Below, piece by piece: positions 48,896-59,090 of a stretch of 64,000 nucleotides of DNA (positions are counted from its first letter, which is position 1; every line of letters starts with the position of its first letter). The notes beneath the pieces were generated by a model that had not been told where the DNA came from, did not search any database, and was given only the letters and a program-made list of their open reading frames with translations. The position numbers and the translations under genes were made by a program. The stretch is from Thermoprotei archaeon (lineage in GTDB: Archaea; Thermoproteota; Thermoprotei; Gearchaeales; WAQG01). The DNA lies in NCBI GenBank assembly GCA_038881895.1, contig JAVZOV010000004.1, positions 34,521 to 98,520 on the forward strand. The letters are read 5' to 3'.

Positions 48896-50419
48896 ATGAG
48901 TAACATAAGATTACAACGCGCAGGCCTAATAGGTTTTACAGTCCAGTTAATCAGCGCTTTTACTGGGTTTCTTTTTGTAATCATAGTTAGTAGACGTTTG
49001 ACACCAGAGGATTTAGGTACGTGGCAATTAGTAATTTCTACAGCCATGTTCTTTTCATTTCCTTCTCCTATAATAACATATTGGATAGTAAGATTTTTTG
49101 CTAGAAAAATAGACGTAGCGAAAACAGGTTTTATATTAACATTTGTTCTATTATTAATGATAACACCAATTTATTTAATCTCCAGCTTTCTTATAAGCAT
49201 AAAAACTAATACTCCCTTTGTATATTTCCTCTTCGGAATTTTTCTCCTCATATCCTATTATCTAAGAGATAATCTAAATAGTCTCATATTCAGCGTCGAT
49301 CCAGAAAAGGGGTCATTAGCTTTTTTGTTTTCGGAGATCAGTAAAGTAATTATAGCCATCATGGTAGTATTTTTTGTCGGATTAAGTATAATAAATGCAC
49401 TTTCTATAGTGTTTATAGCACTTATTGTGCAAAATTCTGGACTATTTCTCTACACAAAGAGGTACATAATGAAAAGTTCCTTTAATAAGTCTGTAGCATT
49501 GAAGATAATAAAAAATTCGTGGATTCCGCTTTATAGTTCTATAAGCGGATTCTTAGGAATGTTAGATGGAATAATCATAGCTACCATCACAGGTTCCACA
49601 GAATTCATAGCATATTATAAAAATGCTGCAGCAGTAGCATCATTAATAAGCTATGCATCACCCATAGTAGGTGTATTGTATCCCAAAATTTTAGGAAGCG
49701 AACAAGAAACACACGAAATACACATTAGAAATGTTTTGAACTTACTTTTTATGATAATAATACCATCATCGTTAGGAATATTCATACTTGCTAGGCCAAT
49801 ACTCTATATATTGAGACCCGATTACATGAAGGTCACAGAAATTGCACAAATTCTCATTATATCTCAGATAATATATTTAATAGGCTACGTGGCGCAATCA
49901 GCATTACTTGGAATGGAAACAGCAGACCTTAATAATCACTCCTTTAAAGAATTAAGAAAAAGCCTACTAATAAAAATACCAACAATAAACATATTATCGA
50001 ATGTGCTCTACATAACCGGAGTAACACTTGCATCACTCTTTTTCTTCTTAATAAAAGATTTGATTAATTACATGATTATCTTATCATTAATTAATATCAT
50101 AGCTCAAGCAATCAGTTTATACATTTTATGGGCTATGTTGAGTAGAAGAATCAAAAATACATTAAACTATAAATTATCCATTAAATATTTCATAGCATCG
50201 TTACTAATGGGTATAACCATATATTACATGCAACGAGTAATAAAGTTTACCTCAGTATATGAGACTGCACCAGAACTTTTCTTGGTAATAGGAACAGGAG
50301 CACTAACATATTTTATAACACTTTATATAATATCAAAAGAATTCAGAACACTCATCAGAGCAATAATAAATGAGATTAAAAAATCTTTAATAAAAAAATT
50401 CATTCACCTCTATCACTAG
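48896..50419 (+). CDS. Polysaccharide biosynthesis/oligosaccharide flippase (MOP superfamily, Wzx-like)
   Basis: ~14 TM helices with the MOP-flippase N-terminal pattern. Confidence 0.65.
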   Translation: MSNIRLQRAGLIGFTVQLISAFTGFLFVIIVSRRLTPEDLGTWQLVISTAMFFSFPSPIITYWIVRFFARKIDVAKTGFILTFVLLLMITPIYLISSFLISIKTNTPFVYFLFGIFLLISYYLRDNLNSLIFSVDPEKGSLAFLFSEISKVIIAIMVVFFVGLSIINALSIVFIALIVQNSGLFLYTKRYIMKSSFNKSVALKIIKNSWIPLYSSISGFLGMLDGIIIATITGSTEFIAYYKNAAAVASLISYASPIVGVLYPKILGSEQETHEIHIRNVLNLLFMIIIPSSLGIFILARPILYILRPDYMKVTEIAQILIISQIIYLIGYVAQSALLGMETADLNNHSFKELRKSLLIKIPTINILSNVLYITGVTLASLFFFLIKDLINYMIILSLINIIAQAISLYILWAMLSRRIKNTLNYKLSIKYFIASLLMGITIYYMQRVIKFTSVYETAPELFLVIGTGALTYFITLYIISKEFRTLIRAIINEIKKSLIKKFIHLYH

Positions 50420-50702
50420 TTGATTTAGAAAAAATCTTTAATAAATTCCTGAAAGGCGCACTAAGAATTATCTCATTTTTATGTAACGCCATATTTAAGT
50501 AATACACACCAAATACAAACCCTACGATGCCTATTATGAATGCCCAATTCGTAGGTGATAAACCTGTTTTGTCGATGAGATTACGAAATGCATTTACATG
50601 AGAATACAATATCCTAAACCCAAATGATAGAAATCCAGGCAACAAAACTAACACCACACTTAACAACAATTTCCATGTAGAGATGCCCTTACTCTCTTCC
50701 AT
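50400..50702 (-). CDS. Small hypothetical membrane protein
   Basis: 100-aa ORF with two hydrophobic helices; weak evidence only. Confidence 0.3.
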   Translation of the reverse strand: MEESKGISTWKLLLSVVLVLLPGFLSFGFRILYSHVNAFRNLIDKTGLSPTNWAFIIGIVGFVFGVYYLNMALHKNEIILSAPFRNLLKIFSKSTSDRGE

Positions 50703-50740
50703 ACGACCTCAATACTAAATCACACAACTTAAAAATATAC

Positions 50741-50800
50741 TTTTACCAGAACTCCGACAAGAGAGTTCAGAACTTTAGTTCTGGGATGAATTGCCGAAAG
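50741..50800. repeat. Partial, divergent copy (copy D) of the 5' module of the interspersed repeat: palindrome CAGAACTttAGTTCTG + gggatgaattgccgaaaggtttgatg
   Basis: Same architecture as the 5' ends of copies A and B (palindrome followed by ctgggatgaatgNgcNaaRgtttRtgatg), but the palindrome arms have a different sequence. Confidence 0.4.
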
Positions 50801-50940
50801 GTTTGATGCTCGTTAAGGATTCTAATTCTTGGGTAGTTCAGCGGCATCCAGAAGATCTTAGAACTCTAACCCTCTACAGCTAGAGGAAGTTATTGTTCCT
50901 TTAGGGGTCAGGTTTATTTATACTGAATCTTATTTTGTAA

Positions 50941-52200
50941 ATGATAATTATGGACTTCAGTTTTAGTGAAGATGAGAATGTTTTTAGAGAAATGGTTAAA
51001 GAGTTAGCATCAAAATATATTGCACCTCGAGTAAAAGAAATTGAAGAAAAGGGACGAATACCCAAAGAGATTATTAACGCTTTGGCTGGTCAAGGTTTGC
51101 TCGGACTAACAATATCTTCCAGCTACGGTGGAGCCGGGGCATCAATAACAATGGCTGCTATAGCAGCTGAAGAAATTGCTTATGCAGATATAAGTGTGGC
51201 AACAGCAGTCTATTATCTTCTTAATGCTGGGTGGCCTATGATACTTGAGCGATATGCTTCTGAGGAAGTTAAAGAAGAAATACTTCCCAATATTCCACGT
51301 GGTGAGACATTTTTTGGTATAGCGGTTACCGAACCTTCAGGCGGCTCTGATGTAGCTGGAATAAAAACTAGTGCGACAAAGAAAGGTAATAGATGGATAG
51401 TAAATGGAGAAAAGGTCTATATCAGTGGAGTAAGAGAAAGTTTAGAATTACCTAAAGGAGGAGGCATGTTGTTGTTGACTAGAACTGGTGGTAATGAACT
51501 TGGTTATAAGGCATTCACATCTTTTTCATTTCTCTTAAAGAAAACTGATGGTGGTATAACTAATGGTGTAACTCCAACGTTTTTTGAAGATATTGGCAGA
51601 AGAGGAATTTCTACAGGTGGTTTTGTTCTTAAAGACGTTGAAATAGATGATAAATATAGGGTTGGTGATGAAGGTAGAGGTTTTTATATTATAATGGAAG
51701 GTTTTAACGTTGCTAGAACATTAGTTGCTGCAGCATGTATTGGTGCCGCAAGGAGAGCTCTTGATATTGGAATGGATTATATTAAACAGAGAATTCTCTT
51801 TGAACAACCCATTGCAAAATTTGAGGCAATACAATTTGAGTTAGTTGATGATTATGCTAAGCTGGAAGCAGCTAAACTTTTTACTTATAAGGCTGCATGG
51901 CTCCTTGATAGATTCTATAAAGGTGATAAGAGTGTTTCGGTTTCTGACATTAATAAACACGTAGCTATGGCTAAAATGACTGCGCCACAAGTTGCTTATG
52001 ATATCTTTACGCACGTGATGTTATGGCACGGAGCTTATGCATATACTAAAGAGTCAGAACTCGGAATAGGACTGACTGGTGTGTTATCCTATCTTATAGG
52101 CGCTGAAGGAACCATGAATATAATGAAAACTATTGTAGGCCGCGAACTATTAGGTAGGGAATACTCAGTCACAACACGATGGGCTGGTAAAAAAGGATAA
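50941..52200 (+). CDS. Acyl-CoA dehydrogenase (second paralogue)
   Basis: ACAD domain pattern; 419 aa. Confidence 0.8.
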   Translation: MIIMDFSFSEDENVFREMVKELASKYIAPRVKEIEEKGRIPKEIINALAGQGLLGLTISSSYGGAGASITMAAIAAEEIAYADISVATAVYYLLNAGWPMILERYASEEVKEEILPNIPRGETFFGIAVTEPSGGSDVAGIKTSATKKGNRWIVNGEKVYISGVRESLELPKGGGMLLLTRTGGNELGYKAFTSFSFLLKKTDGGITNGVTPTFFEDIGRRGISTGGFVLKDVEIDDKYRVGDEGRGFYIIMEGFNVARTLVAAACIGAARRALDIGMDYIKQRILFEQPIAKFEAIQFELVDDYAKLEAAKLFTYKAAWLLDRFYKGDKSVSVSDINKHVAMAKMTAPQVAYDIFTHVMLWHGAYAYTKESELGIGLTGVLSYLIGAEGTMNIMKTIVGRELLGREYSVTTRWAGKKG

Positions 52201-52205
52201 CACTT

Positions 52206-52754
52206 TTAGAGTACTTGAACCTCCCTGCCCTTTAATTCTTTTTTCTGCTTTTTCATTCTAACTTCTAGGACACCATTATTGTATGTTGCTTTTGTTTCAT
52301 CGGGATTAACTTCGGATGGAAGCTCTACCTTTTTGTAGAATTTATCACCAGCTTTAATCTCTAACTCCTTTTCAGTAGCATGGACCTTGATTTCCTCTTT
52401 CTTTACACCAGGCGTTTCTGCCGTAACTATTATTTCATCGTTTGTTTCATTAATATCAACTAAAGGTTCTCTTTCGATGATGGGTTTTTCACCAATCTTC
52501 TTTGGCACAGTCCCAAATTCTCTAATCGTAGGCTTTCCATCAGGACCAATTGTTATAGAATAACCATATATTATTGGACCAAAACGCTGCTCACCAAAAG
52601 GTCTAGTTCTCATGCGCTCTAAATCTTTGAAAAACTCTCTCTGCATCTCCTCAAAAACTCTATCAAAATACTCCATTAAATCCCAAGGATCAGTAATATC
52701 AAACTCTCTCTTCTTCCTTCTGAATGACATAAATAACCACCCATATAAAAACAT
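52206..52754 (-). CDS. Small heat-shock protein (Hsp20/alpha-crystallin family)
   Basis: Alpha-crystallin domain with the conserved ...ATYNNGVLEV... segment. Confidence 0.8.
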   Translation of the reverse strand: MFLYGWLFMSFRRKKREFDITDPWDLMEYFDRVFEEMQREFFKDLERMRTRPFGEQRFGPIIYGYSITIGPDGKPTIREFGTVPKKIGEKPIIEREPLVDINETNDEIIVTAETPGVKKEEIKVHATEKELEIKAGDKFYKKVELPSEVNPDETKATYNNGVLEVRMKKQKKELKGREVQVL

Positions 52755-52796
52755 TTGAAAGCACTTAATAAAGTTTACTTAAAACAAGACTTTGAA

Positions 52797-52960
52797 AATT
52801 GACATTCTCCGCGGCTGAAGCCGGGAGATTCTCGGTTCCTCAGGCTCAAGCCTTCATCGTACCGAGTTCGGGCTGTGTCAAGGCAGCCCCTGCCATGAGC
52901 ATGTAGCCCATAGCCCGCTTAAGGATGTTCGTTGCTCCATTATAGTCTGCGTTGCATTGG
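52797..52960 (-). ncRNA. Predicted omega-RNA (reRNA) scaffold overlapping the tnpB 3' end and right end
   Basis: Inference from the TnpB family's known architecture; the same ~125-bp segment is what survives in the remnant at 9013-9137. Extent not determinable from sequence alone. Confidence 0.35.
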
Positions 52961-53922
52961 ATTCCGCAGTTTTGGCATTTGAAGAGGCCTCCGACTCGAA
53001 GCCCCCTATGCCCGCATTTATGGCACAGCTTTGAAGTGTTTCTCTCGCTTATCTTAACAACTTTGATTCCGCGCCATCTCGCCTTATACTCTATGAATTG
53101 GCTTAGCCTATGGTATGGGAATCCGTTGTTGAGCTTTCTTTTGAAAGTCCTACCTCTGCCGTTTCGTCTTATGCCCTTGAGTTTTCCAAGAATTATCATG
53201 GAGTCGTTCGCCAAAGCTTCGTTGACTATGGCTCTGCTAATCTTATGCAGGATGTCGCTAACAACTCTTCTCTCTTTACGCCCAATCTTCTTTATGGTTC
53301 TGTAGGCCCTCTTTAAAGCTAAAGACCTTCTAAGGTAGAAGTAGTGCCCCTTAACCCTTCTAAGCTCCCTCCCATAGAACTTCGGTCTCGGATTGGTTGA
53401 GTTGACTGTTGTGGCTATCCAGCGTATCCCCATATCTATAGCTAAAGTCGACTTAGGATTTCTCTCCTCGACTTCTTTTTCAACAGTTATGTGGACGAAC
53501 CACTCATTACCTTTCTTTACGATTTTTGCCTCTCTGCAAATCATGTCATCAGTTATTGGTTCATGGGTCTTTATAGGGACGTTTATTCCGCCTCTAACCC
53601 CATAAATTGGAATCTTGAGCCAATAAGGCGTCAGCTTGGTGTCCGCTCTGTACATGTCCCTTCTAAGGATTAGCGGGTATTCCTTGTTAGGCTTAACATT
53701 TCCAAGCCTCTTTAGAAGTCTGTCAGCCTGTTGCTTTGTAGCGGAATAAAGTGGAACAGACTTGTCTCCATGCAAATAGCGTTGCCAATTCTCGTATTCC
53801 CTTCTAAGAAGCTCTTCCTTGCCTTTGCGAAGTTCAAGAACCTTTGCCTTAATGGTTTTCTTAGCCTTCATGAGCGACTCGCCCATAGAAAAATTAACTG
53901 ACAAGTATTTAAACGCATTCAT
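52846..53922 (-). CDS. tnpB: TnpB (IS200/IS605 OrfB; RuvC-like RNA-guided nuclease family)
   Basis: RuvC-I LAIDMGIRW, RuvC-II Glu region, zinc finger CHKCGHRG...CQNCGIQC, RuvC-III NADYNGATNI; GC content clearly above flanking genes. An internal Met (MKAKK...) may be the true start. Confidence 0.85.
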   Translation of the reverse strand: MNAFKYLSVNFSMGESLMKAKKTIKAKVLELRKGKEELLRREYENWQRYLHGDKSVPLYSATKQQADRLLKRLGNVKPNKEYPLILRRDMYRADTKLTPYWLKIPIYGVRGGINVPIKTHEPITDDMICREAKIVKKGNEWFVHITVEKEVEERNPKSTLAIDMGIRWIATTVNSTNPRPKFYGRELRRVKGHYFYLRRSLALKRAYRTIKKIGRKERRVVSDILHKISRAIVNEALANDSMIILGKLKGIRRNGRGRTFKRKLNNGFPYHRLSQFIEYKARWRGIKVVKISERNTSKLCHKCGHRGLRVGGLFKCQNCGIQCNADYNGATNILKRAMGYMLMAGAALTQPELGTMKA

Positions 53923-54185
53923 CCCATGATTAAAATCATGGGCTTTCTGCTACGTCTCTGTAAAATTACGTAAGAGAGCGTCCCTTTACGAAGGGTTTAA
54001 CGCAGAAGAGAGAGATTAAGTATAGATATGGAATCCATACTTAGTCCAGAACCATTAATAGGTTTTAAGACATCTCATTTAAAATCTCGTCCATTCATTC
54101 CAGGACTAAAGTTCTAAGTTTTTTGGACGTCCAATAGTATAAATAAATTTTTATTAAAGAAAAGAAACATAAAAATGTGGTACTT

Positions 54186-54797
54186 ATGAAGATTGTTCTT
54201 GTAGCAGTCCCAGGCGGTGGAAAAACAACAATAATGAACATTGTTAAGAGTTTAGTTCCCGATGTAAAAATAGTTAATTATGGTGATGTGATGCTTGAAA
54301 TTGCTAAAGAGAGACGTGGGATAATGGATCGCGATATGATGCGAAAAATTTTAAGCGTGAATGAGTATAGAGAACTTCAATTAGATGCAGCTAAAAAAAT
54401 TGGCGAAATCAAAGGGGATGTAATAATCGATACGCATGTTACCATAAAAATGAAAGGCGGGTATTACCCGGGTTTACCATTTGATGTAGTAAGATTGATG
54501 AGACCTGACATGATAGTGCTTTTAGAATTCGATCCTCATGATGTTATTGAAAGACGTATGAAAGATATTACGTCATCATCGCAAAAAAGAGCAGGCCGTG
54601 ATATAGAAACGCCTGAAGACATAGAATTACAACAAGAAATGAATAAATACTTTGCAGTTGCAGCAGCTAATGCTGCAGAATGCATAGTAAAAATAATAAA
54701 CTTACGATTTAGACAATCTCGTCCATTTGAACAAGCCGAAAAAGCTGCCCGAATAATTGCCGAAATAATATCTACCGAAAAATCATCTAGATACTAA
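54186..54797 (+). CDS. adkA: Archaeal-type adenylate kinase
   Basis: P-loop VPGGGKTT and overall similarity to archaeal adenylate kinases (IVNYGDVMLE..., IIDTH..., GGYYPGLP); TATA-like tataaata about 45 nt upstream of the ATG at 54186. Confidence 0.75.
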   Translation: MKIVLVAVPGGGKTTIMNIVKSLVPDVKIVNYGDVMLEIAKERRGIMDRDMMRKILSVNEYRELQLDAAKKIGEIKGDVIIDTHVTIKMKGGYYPGLPFDVVRLMRPDMIVLLEFDPHDVIERRMKDITSSSQKRAGRDIETPEDIELQQEMNKYFAVAAANAAECIVKIINLRFRQSRPFEQAEKAARIIAEIISTEKSSRY

Positions 54798-56369
54798 TTT
54801 TTTAAAATATAGCAATATCAATAAAATAATAGACACTAAAACTATGTAAGGTAACAAAACAACATACATATAAATTATTAATGCCACACTTGCATAAAAT
54901 CCAGCCAAAAGCAATCTACCTTTCTCTAAATTATCCCTAGCCATATTAATGAATATCTCAGTAATCCATCTAATAGATTGCATCCACCATGGTAAAGATT
55001 CAGCATTGTGAGCAACGTTTTCTATGAATGTTCTTAAGCTTAACACATCATTACGCTGTAGGGGAGTAAATCCCCATTTTATAAACAAAGGTGTCACATC
55101 AGTATTCCATGCATCATTTAAAGCTTCAATAATATCTTGAGTCGATGAAACTCTTCTTCCTGACAACACTCTAAAGAATTTAGAATAACCATCTAAACCA
55201 CCATACAGTTCACTCAACTTTTCAAAAATAGCATAGGAAGCAGCATAATACACAAGAATATCGCTCACCTGTTCGCTTGGTTTCCAATTCTCTATAAATC
55301 CATAACCACTTAAATTCCTGGCTAAATTATTAAGCAACCTAATTCTATTAATACTAGCAGGTAAATCCTTTATTAGCGATGTGCTAATGAACTCAGCAAG
55401 CCCTTCATGAACCCAGAGCAGTTCATACGGGTTAATATTCAATTTAAAAAGAAATCTATGTACCAATTCATGAAGTATTATGAGTGAAATCTCACCATCA
55501 ACACCACGATAATAAATTAAATTCACATGAATATCACCAACATTACCCCCAGAGTAAGGAACATAACCACCAACACTAAAATCACTCTGCGATTCAGGAA
55601 CATAAAATGTAATCACAGTTTCCTCGAGAGAAAAACCAAAAAGCTTTGTCATATTATTATAACGAGTATAAACTTGATCCAATAAATCACGCGCTAAGGA
55701 ATAATAACGCTCAGGTGTTCTAATTACTAAATCACCCTTTGAAATATTGACAAAACTTTCATAATTATTCACGGTCAAGAATAAACTAACACGATTAAAA
55801 CTACTACCCTCAAATATAGCTCTTAAACCATTCTCATCGATTATTATTTTAGCCGGAGATGGAGAAACACTTCTTATCTCCCTAAAACTTACGTTTCTTA
55901 TATCCAAAACATAAGTTCTCCTCAACCACAATGAATGCCCAAGTAAAGGTGAAAAATAGGCAGCGTTAGGCTCAACGATCAATAGCGTATAAGGATGCTT
56001 ATAAGTTATAGAAAGGGAAACGGGACCATGATAATTAATCGTCAAATTAACATAAAATGGATTCTCCTCATTGTTTAAATATAAAACGTGCCTTTCAACA
56101 TTTAATGGTAAATTATTAGACGATATGATATTCCCATTCCAATTCTTGGGCACTATTAACCACAATGAATTAGGGGCACTCTTATAAATTGTTATGTTTA
56201 TATATACCATAGAAGTAGTTAAATTCGCACCATCAATATAATTATAATATTCTATAGACCCATAATATTGCTGAGCCCAAACAACATCACTAACGTTCAT
56301 TAACATTACTATATAAGTATTAATGACCAAAATAAACATGAAAATAATCGATAAACATTGCTTCTTCAT
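54783..56369 (-). CDS. Putative membrane-anchored extracellular gluzincin-type metallopeptidase
   Basis: HELVH followed ~18 residues later by a Glu in WVHEGLAEF (HExxH...E); N-terminal signal, many N-glycosylation sequons, C-terminal TM anchor. Confidence 0.45.
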   Translation of the reverse strand: MKKQCLSIIFMFILVINTYIVMLMNVSDVVWAQQYYGSIEYYNYIDGANLTTSMVYINITIYKSAPNSLWLIVPKNWNGNIISSNNLPLNVERHVLYLNNEENPFYVNLTINYHGPVSLSITYKHPYTLLIVEPNAAYFSPLLGHSLWLRRTYVLDIRNVSFREIRSVSPSPAKIIIDENGLRAIFEGSSFNRVSLFLTVNNYESFVNISKGDLVIRTPERYYSLARDLLDQVYTRYNNMTKLFGFSLEETVITFYVPESQSDFSVGGYVPYSGGNVGDIHVNLIYYRGVDGEISLIILHELVHRFLFKLNINPYELLWVHEGLAEFISTSLIKDLPASINRIRLLNNLARNLSGYGFIENWKPSEQVSDILVYYAASYAIFEKLSELYGGLDGYSKFFRVLSGRRVSSTQDIIEALNDAWNTDVTPLFIKWGFTPLQRNDVLSLRTFIENVAHNAESLPWWMQSIRWITEIFINMARDNLEKGRLLLAGFYASVALIIYMYVVLLPYIVLVSIILLILLYFKKLVSR

Positions 56370-56692
56370 ACATCTAAATTTTTTATTAACTCATATATTA
56401 AGCTATTCAAATCTATACTCTGCCAACGAATCATTTAAACTGCATTATTCCGCTCATTTATTGACATCTTATTCAAAATAACTTAAATAATACTATAACC
56501 TAACATTCAAGTATTTATGTTTTACGATTGAACGCATCAACACTTCAAGGCAAGGTGTTTAAAGTAAGTAGTCCTGTGAATTGTCGTAATGATAATATAA
56601 ATATATTAAAACCGCATGACAATCAGATTATAATAAATTTAAAATATGCTCAAAATAAATAGAAGCAAAAAAGGATAAATACTTTAAATCTT

Positions 56693-57742
56693 GTGAAAAA
56701 ATTGGTGAGAATTTTGGTTGTAAGAGTGGGTGTTGTAGGTTATGGAACTATAGGAAAGCGCGTTGCTGATGCTGTTCTTCGTCAAAATGATATGAAACTC
56801 GTAGGTATCGTTGTGAGAAGAGCAGATTGGAGGACAATGTTGGCTATTGAGCGTGGGATTAATATTTACACATCTAATGATGTAGATTCAAAGAGTTTTT
56901 CAGAAAAAAAGATTACGCCAGCAGGTAACATGGAAGACTTGCTTAATTCCGTTGATGTAATTGTAGATGCGACGCCAGATGGTGTTGGTGAGAGGAATAA
57001 ACCTCTCTATGAGAAACATAATGTAAAGGCGGTGTTTGAAGGAGGAGAAGATCATGAACTTACTGGGGTTAGTTTTGTTGCTACGCGTAATTATGCTGAA
57101 AGTGTTGGAAAACAATTTACTAGGGTTGTGAGTTGTAATACGACTGCAATTAGCAGAGTAGTCGGAGGAATACATGAAAAAATTGGTTTAAAAAAGGCTA
57201 GGGTGGCAATATATAGGCGTGCAGCTGATCCATGGGAATCTCATTTAAAAGGTGTGATGAATACTGTGGTTCCTGAATTAAAAATACCATCACACCATGG
57301 CCCTGATGTACAGACTGTAGTACATGATTTAGACATTGTTACTATAGCTGCAAAGGGTAGTCATAATCTATTTCATTTGCATGTGGGATTTCTTGAAGCG
57401 CAAAATCAGATTACAAGGAATGAAGTAATTAGAGTATTAGAAGAAGAACCTAGAGTTGTTTTAGTTAGAGGGGCGGATGGCATTGTAGCATTAAATTCTA
57501 TCTTCGAGCTTGGTAGAGATCTAGGACGACCTAGAGGTGATCTTTATGAAATACCCGTATGGGAAGAGAGCGTGAAAGTAAATGGGAACGAGATCTATCT
57601 GATATGGGCCACGCCCAATGAGAGTAATGTTATACCAGATAATATAGATGCTATTAGAGCCTTAACTATGATTGAAAAGGATGGTAAAAAATCTGTGGAA
57701 AAGACAGATAAGGCATTAAATATTCTGAAAAAGTTGTATTGA
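56693..57742 (+). CDS. gap: Glyceraldehyde-3-phosphate dehydrogenase, archaeal type
   Basis: NAD(P)-binding GVVGYGTIGKRVA and active-site SCNTT; start codon uncertain (several in-frame GTG/TTG). Confidence 0.8.
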   Translation: MKKLVRILVVRVGVVGYGTIGKRVADAVLRQNDMKLVGIVVRRADWRTMLAIERGINIYTSNDVDSKSFSEKKITPAGNMEDLLNSVDVIVDATPDGVGERNKPLYEKHNVKAVFEGGEDHELTGVSFVATRNYAESVGKQFTRVVSCNTTAISRVVGGIHEKIGLKKARVAIYRRAADPWESHLKGVMNTVVPELKIPSHHGPDVQTVVHDLDIVTIAAKGSHNLFHLHVGFLEAQNQITRNEVIRVLEEEPRVVLVRGADGIVALNSIFELGRDLGRPRGDLYEIPVWEESVKVNGNEIYLIWATPNESNVIPDNIDAIRALTMIEKDGKKSVEKTDKALNILKKLY

Positions 57743-57745
57743 GAG

Positions 57746-59050
57746 TTGATTAAAATGGCTGGAGCATTAGGTGGTAGGGTACCTGAAGAGATAGAAAGCG
57801 CAATGTTAAAAATAGATATTGGTTTTAAGACAATGGACGATATTGATTTTGAAGATAAAGTAGTGTTGCTTCGTACCGACATGAATTTACCGCTAAATCC
57901 TAAGACTAGCATGCCGATTGATCTTACTCGCATGAAGGTACTTGCAGAAACAACATTAAAAGAACTATTAGTTAGAGGAGCAAGAGTTGCTATACTCACA
58001 CACCAAGGTAGGCCTGGTGATCCTGAATTCACAACAACAGATTTACATGCAAAATTATTAGCAAAAATGTTAAAAACACGAGTACACTATGTACCAGACC
58101 TCTATGGTCCACTGGCAATAGAGGCAATGAAAAAATTAAGAAAAGGCGAATATAGAATAGTAATGCTTGAGAACGTAAGGACCGACCCCGATGAAATGAT
58201 CAAAAGACCCCCCGAAGAGCAAGCTAAAACTAAACAAGTTCAAACATTATCAATGTTAGCGGACATATATGTTAATGATGCTTTTGCAGCATGCCACAGA
58301 AGTAACGTATCATTAACAGGATATCCAGTAGTGATGCCAGCTGTAGGAGGTAGAGTACTCGAATGGGAAATGAGAGCACTTACTTGGGTACTTCGCTATA
58401 GTGAAGCACCTAGAATTTTTATTTTAGGTGGTGCAAAATTAGAGGATGCAACAGCCATAACTGACCATGTCCTCTCTACTAAGAAAGCCGATTTTGTTGC
58501 TATGGCAGGTCTAATCGCCAACCTTTTCTTAGCAGCAAAAGGAGTTGATCTAGGAGAAATAAATATGAAATTCTTAGAACGTAAAGGAGGATTACTTCTC
58601 ATGGAAGATGTGAAAAAAGTACTCGAAAAATACAAAGACTCCATAATACTACCTACAGATGTAGCTGTAGAAACTGGTAATGGAATACGAGCCGATATTC
58701 CTATAGGATTACTTCCAATCAACTCCCCTATAAAAGATATTGGCATGTTAACCGCTGAAACTCTTGAACAAATAATTTTCAAAAGCAGAACTGTAGTAAT
58801 TAGCGGTCCAGCCGGAGTCTATGAGGAACCCGCGTTTATTTATGCTACAAAAAGAATATTCAAAGCAGCAGTCGAATCAAATGCTTTCTCCGTAGTGGGA
58901 GGAGGGCACACAGTCGCTGCATTGAACATGATGGGATTAGCAAGCAAATTTAGTCATGTCAGCACTGGTGGTGGAGCATTGATAGAAATGTTAATGGAAA
59001 GACCACTACCCGGTGTAGAAGCTTTAAAATTAGGCGCAAAAAATATTTAA
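57746..59050 (+). CDS. pgk: Phosphoglycerate kinase
   Basis: PGK N-terminal pattern (...DKVVLLRTDMNLP...) and C-terminal GGGA motif region; conserved gap-pgk arrangement; true start may be an internal Met. Confidence 0.8.
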   Translation: MIKMAGALGGRVPEEIESAMLKIDIGFKTMDDIDFEDKVVLLRTDMNLPLNPKTSMPIDLTRMKVLAETTLKELLVRGARVAILTHQGRPGDPEFTTTDLHAKLLAKMLKTRVHYVPDLYGPLAIEAMKKLRKGEYRIVMLENVRTDPDEMIKRPPEEQAKTKQVQTLSMLADIYVNDAFAACHRSNVSLTGYPVVMPAVGGRVLEWEMRALTWVLRYSEAPRIFILGGAKLEDATAITDHVLSTKKADFVAMAGLIANLFLAAKGVDLGEINMKFLERKGGLLLMEDVKKVLEKYKDSIILPTDVAVETGNGIRADIPIGLLPINSPIKDIGMLTAETLEQIIFKSRTVVISGPAGVYEEPAFIYATKRIFKAAVESNAFSVVGGGHTVAALNMMGLASKFSHVSTGGGALIEMLMERPLPGVEALKLGAKNI

Positions 59051-59090
59051 TTTTTATTAATTTTAAGAATATTATAAAAACTATTAATAA

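Larger units (their letters stand above)
52797..54113 (-). mobile_element. IS200/IS605-family insertion sequence, TnpB-only (IS1341-group-like), ~1.3 kb; boundaries approximate
   Basis: Left boundary set where homology to the tnpB remnant at 9017 begins; right boundary estimated from the end of the GC-richer block before the adkA promoter. Perfect 9-bp inverted repeat CCCATGATTaaAATCATGGG (53923-53942) directly upstream of the tnpB ATG. Confidence 0.5.

Noticed and set aside
50800-50860. tRNA-like fragment (gggtagttcagcgg...) within repeat copy D
   Set aside because: No acceptor stem or T-arm could be formed; the resemblance is limited to a D-loop-like string.
52952-53673. Several plus-strand ORFs (60-117 aa) inside the tnpB gene, and similar antisense ORFs inside other well-supported genes (e.g. 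255..446, 2118..2369, 4120..4643, 13531..14196, 25415..25845, 29178..30314, 62095..63628)
   Set aside because: They are antisense or out-of-frame to genes with strong motif support, lack motifs themselves and have low-complexity composition; treated as spurious.
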